A DNA stretch of 62,559 nt, counting the filler, from Acidimicrobiia bacterium (GTDB taxonomy: Bacteria > Actinomycetota > Acidimicrobiia > Spongiisociales > SHLN01): NCBI GenBank assembly GCA_041619515.1. It is 3 parts of 3 records of this genome, joined end to end, with 100 filler letters (N's around TTAATTAATTAA, not from the genome) between each part and the next. Parts side by side here need not be neighbours in the genome. Positions count along the whole stretch, not along the records: positions 1 to 21,162 come from JBFKDW010000053.1; 2 more parts are not named here. One strand, given 5' to 3'. The notes under the pieces were generated by a model that was not told the origin of the DNA, did not search any database, and saw only the letters and a list, made by a program, of their open reading frames with translations. Positions 9,099 through 18,389 of this stretch are shown here, piece by piece. Made by a program: the position numbers and the translations under genes. Every line of letters starts with the position of its first letter. Within the stretch, counting starts at the first letter, position 1.

Positions 9099-9615
9099 CG
9101 TCCTCCATTTCGAATATGTGCCGTACCCCTCCCACTCCTTTGCCCGAGGCCGCCAGGGTGAACCGGCGCTCTCGCAGGCGACCTCTCCCTCGCTCAGCTC
9201 CCTCCCAGGCCACTTCCTGTGCCTCCAGCCGGAGATGGGCGATACCGGCCGGTATGTCTCCCTCAACCGGGCGCAAAACGACCGGCGTCGCCCTGGCACG
9301 CGCCAGGGCACCCAGGCGCCGCAACACAGGAGCAGCCACCCCGGAAGGTATTTCGGCATACACCGCCTGCATGCCTTCCACGAGCGCAGCGGTCACTTGA
9401 GGCCAGCGGTGGGGATCAGGGCACCGGACCACGACCACCCGATCGGCGGAAACCCCTGCTTCCCAGAGAGCCAGTGGGCTGAGCCAGCCGCGCACGTCGA
9501 TGCACGCCACCCAGCCCGGCTGATCGCGCAGCAGCCCCAGCCCCAGCCGGGTGAGGCCGCAACCCGGTGTCCCCACCAGCCCGATCACTTTCCCCGCCTC
9601 CAGTACCAACGCCAT
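9031..9615 (-). CDS. imuA: ImuA-like RecA-fold protein
   Basis: Degenerate P-loop GTPGCGLTR, W.QV.AAL.EG, LRRLGALARAR; upstream of imuB behind an SOS box. Confidence 0.8.
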   Translation of the reverse strand: MALVLEAGKVIGLVGTPGCGLTRLGLGLLRDQPGWVACIDVRGWLSPLALWEAGVSADRVVVVRCPDPHRWPQVTAALVEGMQAVYAEIPSGVAAPVLRRLGALARARATPVVLRPVEGDIPAGIAHLRLEAQEVAWEGAERGRGRLRERRFTLAASGKGVGGVRHIFEMEDDGTDTVRMVSRLAAEMPERAVG

Positions 9616-9632
9616 AGGACAACTCACTGTAA

Positions 9633-9648
9633 TCGAACGTATGTTCGA
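9633..9648. promoter_or_regulatory. LexA (SOS) box upstream of imuA
   Basis: TCGAAC-GTAT-GTTCGA matches the actinobacterial consensus TCGAAC-N4-GTTCGA; abuts minus-strand -10 TACAGT (9626-9631). Confidence 0.93.
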
Positions 9649-9760
9649 CTACAAACCCCACGGAGAGCGCCTAAACCGGCTGCGAGCGAGAACCGACAAT
9701 AGAAGTACACTGACCGCTTGCCGGGGGAAGACCAGGCTGCAGGGTTACGACAGGAACTAG

Positions 9761-11185
9761 ATGGTTTTCAACTCCTTCGAGTACGCAGTTTTCCTGCCGC
9801 TCGTCTTCATCCTCTACTGGACGGTGCTGCGAAAGCGCCAGAACCAGCTGCTGCTGATCGGTTCCTACATCTTCTACGGCTGGTGGGACTGGCGCTTTCT
9901 GAGCCTCATCGTGGCCTCGACCCTGACCGATTTCTATGTGGCTCGGGCACTGGCGGGCAGCGCCGTCGCCTCCAGGCGCCGCCTGCTGATGCTCGTCAGC
10001 ATCGCAGTCAACCTCGGCATTCTCGGCTTCTTCAAATACTTCAACTTCTTCATCGACTCCACGGCCAGCGCCCTCGACTCACTCGGCCTGGAACCGAACG
10101 TGCCCACCCTCACGATCCTGCTCCCCGTCGGGATTTCTTTCTACACGTTCCAAACCCTCGGATACACGATCGACGTGTACCGGGGAAAGATGGAGCCGAC
10201 CCGGGATCTACTCAGCTTCGGTGTCTACGTTGCCTACTTCCCCCAGCTGGTTGCCGGTCCCATCGAACGGGCCAGCCGTCTCCTCCCACAGATCGAGAAG
10301 CTGCGAGTCCGCCTCACCTCCCCCGAGATTCGCTCAGGCCTCTACCTCATCCTGCTCGGCTTGTTCCGCAAAGTGGTCATAGCCGACGGGCTCGCTCCCA
10401 TGGTCAACGAGGCCTTCGGCCGCTCCGGCTCGGGTGAGTGGCTGCGGCTGCTCCTCGGCATCTACGCCTTCTCGCTCCAGATCTACGGGGACTTTGCCGG
10501 GTATTCGGCGATTGCCCGGGGATCGAGCCGCCTGCTCGGCATCGAGCTGATGGAAAACTTCCGCCAGCCCTACCTAGCGCGCAACATCACCCATTTCTGG
10601 CGGACATGGCATATCTCACTGTCGACCTGGCTACGCGACTACCTCTACATCACCGTGGGCGGCAACCGGAGGGGGAAGATCTTCACGTACCGCAACCTGA
10701 TGATCACGATGCTGCTCGGGGGTTTGTGGCACGGTGCCGCCTGGACCTTCGTGGTCTGGGGCGGCCTGCACGGGCTGTACCTGGCCGCCCATCGAAGCCT
10801 GCGTCACCGGAGCCCGAAGGCTGCCGATGATCCTTTCACGGTACGTGACATCCTGCCCGCGCTGGTCACGTTCCATCTCGTGGCTCTCTCGTGGATCTTC
10901 TTCCGAGCCGATTCGTTCTCCCAGGCGTGGGACTATCTGACCGGGATCGCGACGCTGCGCGGCGGGGTGCCCGACCTGGTGGCGGCAGGCGAGATGCTGG
11001 CGCTCCTGGTGCCGCTCGGCCTGATGAGCCTCGTCATCGACCTGGCTCAGCGCCAGGCCCGGAGCCAGACGGCTCCGCTCGAATGGCCGGTGCTCAGCCG
11101 GGGCTTGGCGTATGGCGTCATGCTCGTGGGTCTCATCGTGTTCACCGGCGGCGGATCTGTTCCCTTCATCTACTTCCAGTTCTGA
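9761..11185 (+). CDS. MBOAT O-acyltransferase (AlgI/DltB family)
   Basis: LPVGISFYTFQ, FPQLVAGPIER, FWRTWHISLSTWLRDYLY, GLWHGAAW, C-terminal FIYFQF. Confidence 0.95.
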   Translation: MVFNSFEYAVFLPLVFILYWTVLRKRQNQLLLIGSYIFYGWWDWRFLSLIVASTLTDFYVARALAGSAVASRRRLLMLVSIAVNLGILGFFKYFNFFIDSTASALDSLGLEPNVPTLTILLPVGISFYTFQTLGYTIDVYRGKMEPTRDLLSFGVYVAYFPQLVAGPIERASRLLPQIEKLRVRLTSPEIRSGLYLILLGLFRKVVIADGLAPMVNEAFGRSGSGEWLRLLLGIYAFSLQIYGDFAGYSAIARGSSRLLGIELMENFRQPYLARNITHFWRTWHISLSTWLRDYLYITVGGNRRGKIFTYRNLMITMLLGGLWHGAAWTFVVWGGLHGLYLAAHRSLRHRSPKAADDPFTVRDILPALVTFHLVALSWIFFRADSFSQAWDYLTGIATLRGGVPDLVAAGEMLALLVPLGLMSLVIDLAQRQARSQTAPLEWPVLSRGLAYGVMLVGLIVFTGGGSVPFIYFQF

Positions 11186-11186
11186 C

Positions 11187-12251
11187 ATGAGCGCGCTGCC
11201 CGCCACCCGTCCGGTCTCCGAGCACGACCCGGTCGTGATCGACACCACGCACAGCGGCGTGGCGTCCATTTCGCTGCGGGGTCGGGGACTCAAGACCGCC
11301 GTGATAGTGGTGGCGGTCCTGCTCATCGCCGAATTGGTGGCACGGGTGCTGGCAGGCGGGCTCCCCAACCCCGATTGGAACTTCGCGCAGACCGACCGAA
11401 AAGTCAGCGAAATGGAGGCGCTGGCCGCCGAAGGCGACACCGTCGACGTCGTGCTCATCGGGAACTCGTCAGTGAATGCTGCCTTTCTCACCGATGACCT
11501 CGAGCAATTGACCGGCCTGGGCACATTCTTCAACGCGGCTCTCGATGGCTCCTCGCTACGCCAGACCGAGGACTGGACGCTCAACGTCGTCGTCCCCCTG
11601 ATCTCCCCCGACATGGTCGTGATCGGGCTCACCAGCCGCGACCTCAACGACGCCAGCAGCTCCAATGGCGAGGTCTTCGAGAAGTACTTGAACTCGCGCG
11701 GACGGGCCCGGTTCATGGGAGAGGAGACCACCGGCCAGCGGGTGCAGGCCGCCCTGTCCGAGGTGTCGGCTCTCGTTCGGATAAGCCCATTCCTGCGCGA
11801 TCCGGGAGCGCTCGTCACCCAGTACAACCCGGCCGGGCCCGATACGGGCGAGTTCGTGCTCCCAGGCGAGGACTACAACCCGCGGCCACTCGACATCACC
11901 CGCACCCGGGAACGGGCTCTCAATGACTACACCCTCGGCGGGATCGAGCTGGAAGCACTCACCCGGCTGGTGGACCGGCTGGAGGCGCTGGGCATCGACG
12001 TCGTGGTTGCGGAGATGCCGTATGTGACCCCCGACTACCTCGACCTGCACCCCGACGGCGCAGCCGACTATGAGGCCTATCGAGCGACGGTGGAGGCGTT
12101 CGTCGACAGCCGGTCGCTCCCGTACATCGATCTGGCCGACTATCCGTGGACCACAGCCGAGTTCTACGACTTCCTACATGTCAACTCAGCCGGCATCGCC
12201 ATCGTCAATGCGAAGCTGGCTGAAGGCTTGGTATCTGCAGCGGGCGGCTAG
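11187..12251 (+). CDS. Membrane-anchored SGNH-fold protein (AlgJ/DltD-like partner of the MBOAT)
   Basis: N-terminal TM, LIGNSS, DFLHVN (DxxH); starts 2 nt after the MBOAT stop. Confidence 0.75.
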   Translation: MSALPATRPVSEHDPVVIDTTHSGVASISLRGRGLKTAVIVVAVLLIAELVARVLAGGLPNPDWNFAQTDRKVSEMEALAAEGDTVDVVLIGNSSVNAAFLTDDLEQLTGLGTFFNAALDGSSLRQTEDWTLNVVVPLISPDMVVIGLTSRDLNDASSSNGEVFEKYLNSRGRARFMGEETTGQRVQAALSEVSALVRISPFLRDPGALVTQYNPAGPDTGEFVLPGEDYNPRPLDITRTRERALNDYTLGGIELEALTRLVDRLEALGIDVVVAEMPYVTPDYLDLHPDGAADYEAYRATVEAFVDSRSLPYIDLADYPWTTAEFYDFLHVNSAGIAIVNAKLAEGLVSAAGG

Positions 12252-12262
12252 GGCCGCGGGGC

Positions 12263-14734
12263 TCAGTCGTCGAGACCCTTCTGGAACTCGTCCTCGAAAC
12301 TGACGGCCCGGCGACGGGATGATCCACCGTCGCTGCGGTGCTCGGCAGCCTCGTCCTGGCGGGGACGACGCCGGCGGGAGCCATCGCCGCGATCACGGCT
12401 TTCGGATCGGTCGCCCCGGTCGCGGCCCCGGTCACGATCGCCCCGGTCACGATCGCCCCGGTCACGATCGCCCCGGTCACGATCGCCTCGGTCACGATCG
12501 CCCCGATCCCGATCGGCGCCACTCCGGCCACGATCTCGTCCCCCCCGGTCACGGTCCCGGTCACGATCTCCTCCGCCGGAATCGGTGCTCGGCGGCTGAC
12601 CGGCCATGTTGAGGCTCACCTTGCCGTTGCGGTCGATCTCGCCGACAACCACCTTGATCTTGTCACCCAGGCTGAGCACGTCCTCGACGTTGTCGATGCG
12701 CTTGTCGCCACCGATCTTCGAGATGTGCAACAGCCCGTCGCGGCCGGGAAGAATGTTGACGAATGCGCCGAACTTGGTGATGTTCACCACTTCGCCCTCG
12801 TACTCGGCGCCCAGCTCGGCCTCGGGCGGGAAGGCGATGAGCATCACCTTGTTGCGAGCCGCCTCCATCGATTCCTGATCTGCTGCGCCGACACGGACGG
12901 TTCCATCGTCGTCGATGTCGAGGGTCGCTCCGGTCTCCTCCTCGATCTCGCGGATCATCTTGCCCTTCGGGCCGATCACCTCGCCGATCTTGTCGCGAGG
13001 GATCTGCACCGCCTCGATACGAGGGGTGTACGGGCGCAGCTCCTCGCGAGGGGCTGCGATGGCCTCCTTCATGGCGGCGAGCACCTTGAGGCGCGCATCC
13101 TTGGCCTGATCGAGTGCATTGGTGAGCACGTCGGCCGGCAGTCCCTCGATCTTGGTGTCGAGCTGAAGGGCCGTGATCACATCTGCTGTGCCTGCCACCT
13201 TGAAGTCCATGTCCCCGAGAGCGTCCTCTGCCCCCAGGATGTCGGTGAGGGTGACAAATCCGCCGTCGTGGGCGATCAGCCCCATCGCGATGCCTGCCAC
13301 CGGAGCCATAACGGGCACACCGGCGTCCATCAGCGAAAGGCTGGATCCACACACGGAGGCCATCGAGCTGGAGCCGTTCGACGCCAGCACCTCAGAAACG
13401 AGCCGGAAGGCGTAGGGGAAGTCGTCGGCGGTCGGGATGGCCGGCAGCAGCGCCTTCTCGGCGAGAGCACCATGGCCGATCTCACGACGCTTCGGACCCC
13501 GCATGAAGCCGGTTTCGCCGGTCGAGTAGGGAGGGAAGTTGTAGTGATGCATGTACCGCTTGGATTCCTCGAGGGCGATCGTGTCGAGCATCTGCTCCAT
13601 CCGGAGCATTCCCAGAGTCGTGACGTTGAGCACCTGTGTCTCGCCCCGCTTGAACAAGCCCGAGCCGTGGGTGCGGTCCAGGACCCCTACCTCGGCCTCG
13701 AGGGCGCGGATGTCGGCCGGAGCGCGACCGTCGAGACGGACACCGTCGGAAACCACCCGCTGGCGCATCCGCTCCTTCATGACAGACCGGAAGGCCTTCT
13801 TGACCATTGCGGCCTCGTCCGGATCGGTGTCTTCGCCGATGAGCTCCGCTTCAATCGCTTCGCCGAGCGCGGTCTGCGCCTCACCCCGCTCCTGCTTGTC
13901 GGCGATGGTGATGACATCATTCGCCCGGTCACCCACGGCGGCCGCAACCCGCTCGCAGACCTCGGGCGTGTAGTCGGCGACGAGGGGCCACTCGACCTCC
14001 GGCGGGTTGAAATGGGCGGCAAGCTCGAGCTGGAGGTCGATGAGCTGGCTGATGTACGGCTTGGCTTCCTCGAGCCCGCGGGCTACGGTCGCTTCGTCAC
14101 TCGGCGGCTCTCCCGCGTCGATGAGCCGCAGTGCGTCTTCGGTGGCCCCTGCCTCGACCATGACCACATCGATCCCGCCGGAGGCATTGCGCTTACCGGC
14201 CACCGTCAGCTCGAACACTGCTCCCTCCATGTCGCTGTGGGTGGGCATCGCCATCCACTCGCCACCCTTGAGGCCCATCCGGACCCCGGCCAGGGGGCCT
14301 TCGAACGGAATCGAGCTGATCGACAGAGCAGCCGAGGCGCCGTTGAGCGCGGCGATGTCGTAGGGGTGCTCGTGGTCGACCTGCAGGATCGTGGCGATGA
14401 TGTGCGTCTCGGAACGGAAGCCCTCCTTGAAGGACGGCCGCAGCGGACGGTCGATGAGGCGGCAGGTGAGGATGGCCCGCTCGGTCGCCCGGCCTTCCCG
14501 TCGGAAGAACGATCCGGGGATACGTCCTACCGCGTACATGCGCTCCTCACAATCGACGGTGAGGGGGAAGAAGTCCACGCCCTCGCGCAGCTTGCGCGAT
14601 GCAACGGCGGTGACGAGTACTTCGGTGTCGCCGAGCTTGACGGTCACTGCGCCGTCGGCTTGTTGTGCGAGCGCGCCGGCCGAGATGGTTATCTCGGAGT
14701 TGCCGACCTTGTCGCTGACGGTGAATTCAGACAC
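12263..14734 (-). CDS. pnp: Polyribonucleotide nucleotidyltransferase with R/D/G-rich C-terminal tail
   Basis: FFRREGR, RREIGHGAL, SNGSSSMAS, GDMDFKVAG, KH and S1 domains. Confidence 0.98.
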   Translation of the reverse strand: MSEFTVSDKVGNSEITISAGALAQQADGAVTVKLGDTEVLVTAVASRKLREGVDFFPLTVDCEERMYAVGRIPGSFFRREGRATERAILTCRLIDRPLRPSFKEGFRSETHIIATILQVDHEHPYDIAALNGASAALSISSIPFEGPLAGVRMGLKGGEWMAMPTHSDMEGAVFELTVAGKRNASGGIDVVMVEAGATEDALRLIDAGEPPSDEATVARGLEEAKPYISQLIDLQLELAAHFNPPEVEWPLVADYTPEVCERVAAAVGDRANDVITIADKQERGEAQTALGEAIEAELIGEDTDPDEAAMVKKAFRSVMKERMRQRVVSDGVRLDGRAPADIRALEAEVGVLDRTHGSGLFKRGETQVLNVTTLGMLRMEQMLDTIALEESKRYMHHYNFPPYSTGETGFMRGPKRREIGHGALAEKALLPAIPTADDFPYAFRLVSEVLASNGSSSMASVCGSSLSLMDAGVPVMAPVAGIAMGLIAHDGGFVTLTDILGAEDALGDMDFKVAGTADVITALQLDTKIEGLPADVLTNALDQAKDARLKVLAAMKEAIAAPREELRPYTPRIEAVQIPRDKIGEVIGPKGKMIREIEEETGATLDIDDDGTVRVGAADQESMEAARNKVMLIAFPPEAELGAEYEGEVVNITKFGAFVNILPGRDGLLHISKIGGDKRIDNVEDVLSLGDKIKVVVGEIDRNGKVSLNMAGQPPSTDSGGGDRDRDRDRGGRDRGRSGADRDRGDRDRGDRDRGDRDRGDRDRGDRDRGRDRGDRSESRDRGDGSRRRRPRQDEAAEHRSDGGSSRRRAVSFEDEFQKGLDD
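12425..12514 (-). repeat. 15-bp tandem repeat (6 units) encoding (DRDRG)n in the PNPase tail
   Basis: Plus strand GCCCCGGTCACGATC x4 perfect plus 2 variants. Confidence 0.95.
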
Positions 14735-14762
14735 GCGTCTCTCCTTGTTGTTCAGGAGGAGC

Positions 14763-14823
14763 GGGCTAATTACCAGTAGTCACACCTCGTCGATGACAAG
14801 GAATCACCACTGACAACGAACCC
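14763..14823 (-). promoter_or_regulatory. Long imperfect stem in the pnp 5' UTR (RNase III processing/autoregulation-type)
   Basis: On the mRNA GGGUU/AGCCC, UUGUCAGUGGU/ACUACUGGUAA and CCUUGUC/GACGAGG nest into one hairpin. Confidence 0.65.
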
Positions 14824-14839
14824 GGTCCCCGGGTTGTTC

Positions 14840-14863
14840 GAGAGCAGCTTGTCTGCCGCTCTC
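14840..14863 (-). terminator. Hairpin immediately downstream of rpsO
   Basis: mRNA GAGAGCGGC-AGACAA-GCUGCUCUC; no U-tract. Confidence 0.5.
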
Positions 14864-14866
14864 CCG

Positions 14867-15124
14867 TTACCGACGAAGTCCCAGCTTGGCAATGAGACTG
14901 CGGTAGCGCTCCACATCCTGATTTCTCAGATAGTTGAGGAGGCGCCGGCGTTTCCCGACCAGCATGAGCAAGCCCCGTCGGCTGTGATGGTCCTTCTTGT
15001 GAACCTTCAGGTGCTCGGTGAGCTGGTTTACGCGTTCGGTGATCAGCGCCACTTGGACTTCCGGCGAACCGGTGTCCGTGGCGTGCTTTCCGAACTCTTC
15101 AATGATGGTCTTGGTGTCATTCAC
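14867..15124 (-). CDS. rpsO: 30S ribosomal protein S15
   Basis: [39 protein letters not shown] start. Confidence 0.98.
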   Translation of the reverse strand: MNDTKTIIEEFGKHATDTGSPEVQVALITERVNQLTEHLKVHKKDHHSRRGLLMLVGKRRRLLNYLRNQDVERYRSLIAKLGLRR

Positions 15125-15173
15125 CTTGGGGAACCCCGCCGGAATCGGCTCTCGGAACTGTAGCAGAGCCGGG
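15125..15173 (-). promoter_or_regulatory. Putative S15 autoregulatory leader
   Basis: -10 TATGCT followed by hairpin CGGCUCU-GCUACAGUUCCG-AGAGCCG just upstream of rpsO. Confidence 0.45.
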
Positions 15174-15249
15174 AGCATAGCCCGGTACCGCAGGCGGGCA
15201 AACAGGCGCCGGCCGGTTCACCGCCGCCCGGGCCCGCCGAGATGTGGCG

Positions 15250-15627
15250 CTAGAGGACCGCCTCGGCCTCGACCTCCACCTTCCAGGCGGGGTCGAGCAG
15301 GGCGGCGACCACCACCATCGTGGCGGCGGGCCGGGCCATGGCGAACAGCTTTGCGTGTACGGCGCCGACGACGGCGGCGTCGTCGGGATCGGTGATGAAC
15401 ATGCGGGTACGGACCACCCGGTTGAGATCGGTGCCGGCCTCCGCCAGGGCGGCGGCGATGATCTCGCCACACCTTCGCATCTGGTCGCCGGCGTCGATCG
15501 CCACCTCCTCACCGGGAGCAGGGACCGGGGCGGTTCCCGACACGAGGACCCGGTTCCCAACCACGACCGCCCGGGAGAAGCCGATCGACTCCTCATATCG
15601 CGAGCCCGACCCGATTCGCTCAACCAC
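15250..15627 (-). CDS. RidA/YjgF family protein
   Basis: YEESIGFSRAVVVGNRVLVSGT, VVRTRMF, RPAATMV, VEVEAEA. Confidence 0.92.
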   Translation of the reverse strand: MVERIGSGSRYEESIGFSRAVVVGNRVLVSGTAPVPAPGEEVAIDAGDQMRRCGEIIAAALAEAGTDLNRVVRTRMFITDPDDAAVVGAVHAKLFAMARPAATMVVVAALLDPAWKVEVEAEAVL

Positions 15628-16786
15628 GGCGCTTCCCTCCCGGTGGTTTCGGCGCCCGGCCGGCGGGGCTGCCCCCATCGGTGAGCCGCGACTCGATGAC
15701 CTCGTGCCGGTGCAGGTAGGTGGAGATGAATGCCTGGATCGTCGCGGTCACCGGCAAGGCCATGAGTGCGCCGGGCACCCCCAGGAGCGTCCCGCCGGCT
15801 ATGGCGGAGCCGAAGGCGACCGCCGGATGGAGTGCCATCGTGCGGGCGGTGATGCGGGGACTCAACAAGTAGTTCTCGATGAGCTGGTAGACGATAACGA
15901 AGATCACCACCCCCACCGCCGTGCCGGGCGATTCCAGCAGAGCGATCAGGACCGGGACCGCACCGCCTATGTAGGTCCCTACCACCGGGACGAACTGGCT
16001 GAGCAGCCCCAGCCACAATGCCAGGGCGAGGGCGAACGGGACCCCGAGAGCGCGAAATACGATCCAGGCCGTGGCGGTGGCGATGGCCGCCAGCAGCGCC
16101 CGCGAGTAGAAGTATCCGCCGGTCTTTTCGATGGCGATTTCCCACACCTTGAGAACCTCCCGCTGATGCTCTGCGGGGAGCGTCGACATCAGGGTCCTCC
16201 GAAATCGGGGCGCGTCCGCTACCAGGTAAAAGGTGAAGAGGGTGATGGTCAGCCCTTGAAAAACCGTGTTGATGAGCGTCGAGCCGACCCCGAACGCACT
16301 TCCCGCCAGGTCGGTGGCGTACTCCTGCAGGGTCCTGTCGAAGTCGGTGAGGCCGGCTTCGATCTTGTCGCCCGAGAACTCGAGACCGATCTTTTCGGCC
16401 TGAATCGCCAGGTCGTCGATGTAACCCGGGATTCGGTCGATGAGGAGCAGGGTCTGATCGATGATGAGCGGAACCATGAGGCCCACCATGGCCGACCCGG
16501 CCAGCAGGATGAGCAGGAAGATGGCGCCGGTTGCCAGGCCGCGCCGCCATCCCCGCCTGGCGAGGTAGTTGACGGCGGGCTCGATGGCGGTTGCGAGGAA
16601 TGCGGAGATCAAGAGCAGCACGATCAGGCTGCGCAGGGCCCGGAAGATTGCGAGGCCGGCGAACAGCACAATCAGCAATCCCGCCACCATGACCAACAGA
16701 TGCGGGATCCATTCCGGCATTCCGCCCCGGGCTGCCAGGAATCCTCGGTACACGGCCGGCGGCCGGGGCTGATCGGTTGTGCTCAC
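15620..16786 (-). CDS. AI-2E family transporter
   Basis: Multiple TMs, QFVPVVGTYIGG, YQLIENYLLSPRI, LHPAVAF. Confidence 0.92.
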   Translation of the reverse strand: MSTTDQPRPPAVYRGFLAARGGMPEWIPHLLVMVAGLLIVLFAGLAIFRALRSLIVLLLISAFLATAIEPAVNYLARRGWRRGLATGAIFLLILLAGSAMVGLMVPLIIDQTLLLIDRIPGYIDDLAIQAEKIGLEFSGDKIEAGLTDFDRTLQEYATDLAGSAFGVGSTLINTVFQGLTITLFTFYLVADAPRFRRTLMSTLPAEHQREVLKVWEIAIEKTGGYFYSRALLAAIATATAWIVFRALGVPFALALALWLGLLSQFVPVVGTYIGGAVPVLIALLESPGTAVGVVIFVIVYQLIENYLLSPRITARTMALHPAVAFGSAIAGGTLLGVPGALMALPVTATIQAFISTYLHRHEVIESRLTDGGSPAGRAPKPPGGKRRG

Positions 16787-16839
16787 GGCGCGAGATTAAA
16801 GAGCGAGACGATGATTCTGTGGGTTTCCGCCCCGCCATC

Positions 16840-18330
16840 TCATCGAACCGACATCACCTCCTCCCAGGAGTCCTGAAATTGCGTCGTGCCCGGCCCATTC
16901 CATAGTTGGCCGTCGGCGGTGCGCGGCTTTGCCAGGCCCCACAGAGCCTGCTTGAGGCTGGTGGCGTCCTCCTCCAGGCTCTTGACGACGGCGGCCGCGT
17001 GCACATCGACGAGCGGACCGATCGGCAGCCGTATCACGGACTCGTCCGGGCCCGGCACGAGCCCGGTGAAGATTGAGAACAGCTTCCCCACGAGGGTGAT
17101 CCGATCTTCGGCGTCGCCAACCAGCCCATCGATGGCAAGGCTGTAGGCACCGACGTAGAAGCCGAGGTTCGAGGCATTGGCGTAGGGCCGAGCCGGATCG
17201 GCGCCGGGATCAGCGAAGAAGGCCAAGCGGTCGGGACCGCCGGCGATTTCGGCGAGGAGGACGTCGAGCTCGTCGATCCGGTCGGCCTCGATCATGTCTT
17301 TGATCCACTCAGAGAAGGCGTTGGCGTGCGGATCGGCGGCGTGGTTGAGCCGGGCGATGACCTCATGAGCATCGCTCCGAACCAGCATGAACAACCCCCC
17401 GAGCACATGCTCGGGTTTGGCACCGCCTTGTCGACGGAGCCGGCGGTGGGTGTCATGCTGTTCGACGATTTCGACGAACAGGCGGGCTTTGAGGGCGGGG
17501 TCGGAGAACCCGGCGGCCACGGTGAGGAATCGCACCGTGGCGTCATATCGCAGACGAGGCGGCTCGTCGGGGATCGGTCGGTGGATACCAAGCAGGCTTC
17601 GCACCGTGCCCGCGAGGGGACGGCGAGCGACGGCTGCTTCGGTCGACCCCGGGGACGCCTCGACCAGGTCGATGATGCGCTCCCAGCCCGGATCGGCCGG
17701 GCTGCGGCTCCTCCACAGCAGCATCGCCAGTTCGGCGTTGTCGCCGGGGGCGCCGCCGGCCACGGCCGCCTCGATGAGCTCGACACTCTTGCCCATGGCA
17801 ATCATCCGCGACAGCTGTCTGGGCCGGAGACGAGTCACCAGGTCGGCGAACAGCATCCTCCGTTCCCGAGAGCTGAAGCCACCCCGCCACCCGTCGAGCT
17901 CCCGCAACCAGACCGCGAGCTCATGATCGCTGAGCGCCCCCACCACCGCGCTGGCTTCCCCCTTCTCGAGACCTCCAATGAGGTCGGAGATGTCACGCAG
18001 ATCTCCATACCCGACGTCCGAGAACACGTTGTCTTGCAACGCGCTGCGAACCCGCTGTTCGGCAAAGCTGATTCGACGCGCCCGTGCGGCCAGCAGCGCC
18101 ATTCCCGCGATGAGCCCGGCCAGCGCCGTCGGCGCCGGAGGCAGAGCCCCGATCGGCGCCGACGGTTCATGCTTGGGTGAGAAGCTCGGGGGCGGGGTGG
18201 CCCTCAGCATCAGGCCGGCCGCCGGGCTCTCCGGAACCGAGACCGTCGTGGTCGTCGTCGGCATCGGAGGCCCGGTGTCACCCGGACCCACCAATCCTGC
18301 CAGCGCAACGAGCATTGCCGACCACAGCAC
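16840..18330 (-). CDS. Hypothetical exported/membrane protein
   Basis: Long ORF filling the gap; signal-like N-terminus, T/P-rich linker, TM segment, helical remainder; no family recognised. Confidence 0.65.
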   Translation of the reverse strand: MLWSAMLVALAGLVGPGDTGPPMPTTTTTVSVPESPAAGLMLRATPPPSFSPKHEPSAPIGALPPAPTALAGLIAGMALLAARARRISFAEQRVRSALQDNVFSDVGYGDLRDISDLIGGLEKGEASAVVGALSDHELAVWLRELDGWRGGFSSRERRMLFADLVTRLRPRQLSRMIAMGKSVELIEAAVAGGAPGDNAELAMLLWRSRSPADPGWERIIDLVEASPGSTEAAVARRPLAGTVRSLLGIHRPIPDEPPRLRYDATVRFLTVAAGFSDPALKARLFVEIVEQHDTHRRLRRQGGAKPEHVLGGLFMLVRSDAHEVIARLNHAADPHANAFSEWIKDMIEADRIDELDVLLAEIAGGPDRLAFFADPGADPARPYANASNLGFYVGAYSLAIDGLVGDAEDRITLVGKLFSIFTGLVPGPDESVIRLPIGPLVDVHAAAVVKSLEEDATSLKQALWGLAKPRTADGQLWNGPGTTQFQDSWEEVMSVR

Positions 18331-18389
18331 CGGGACAGCATGCGGGACGGGCCCGGCTGGTTCAAGAGGTGTGCGAGGCGGGGCGGCGG

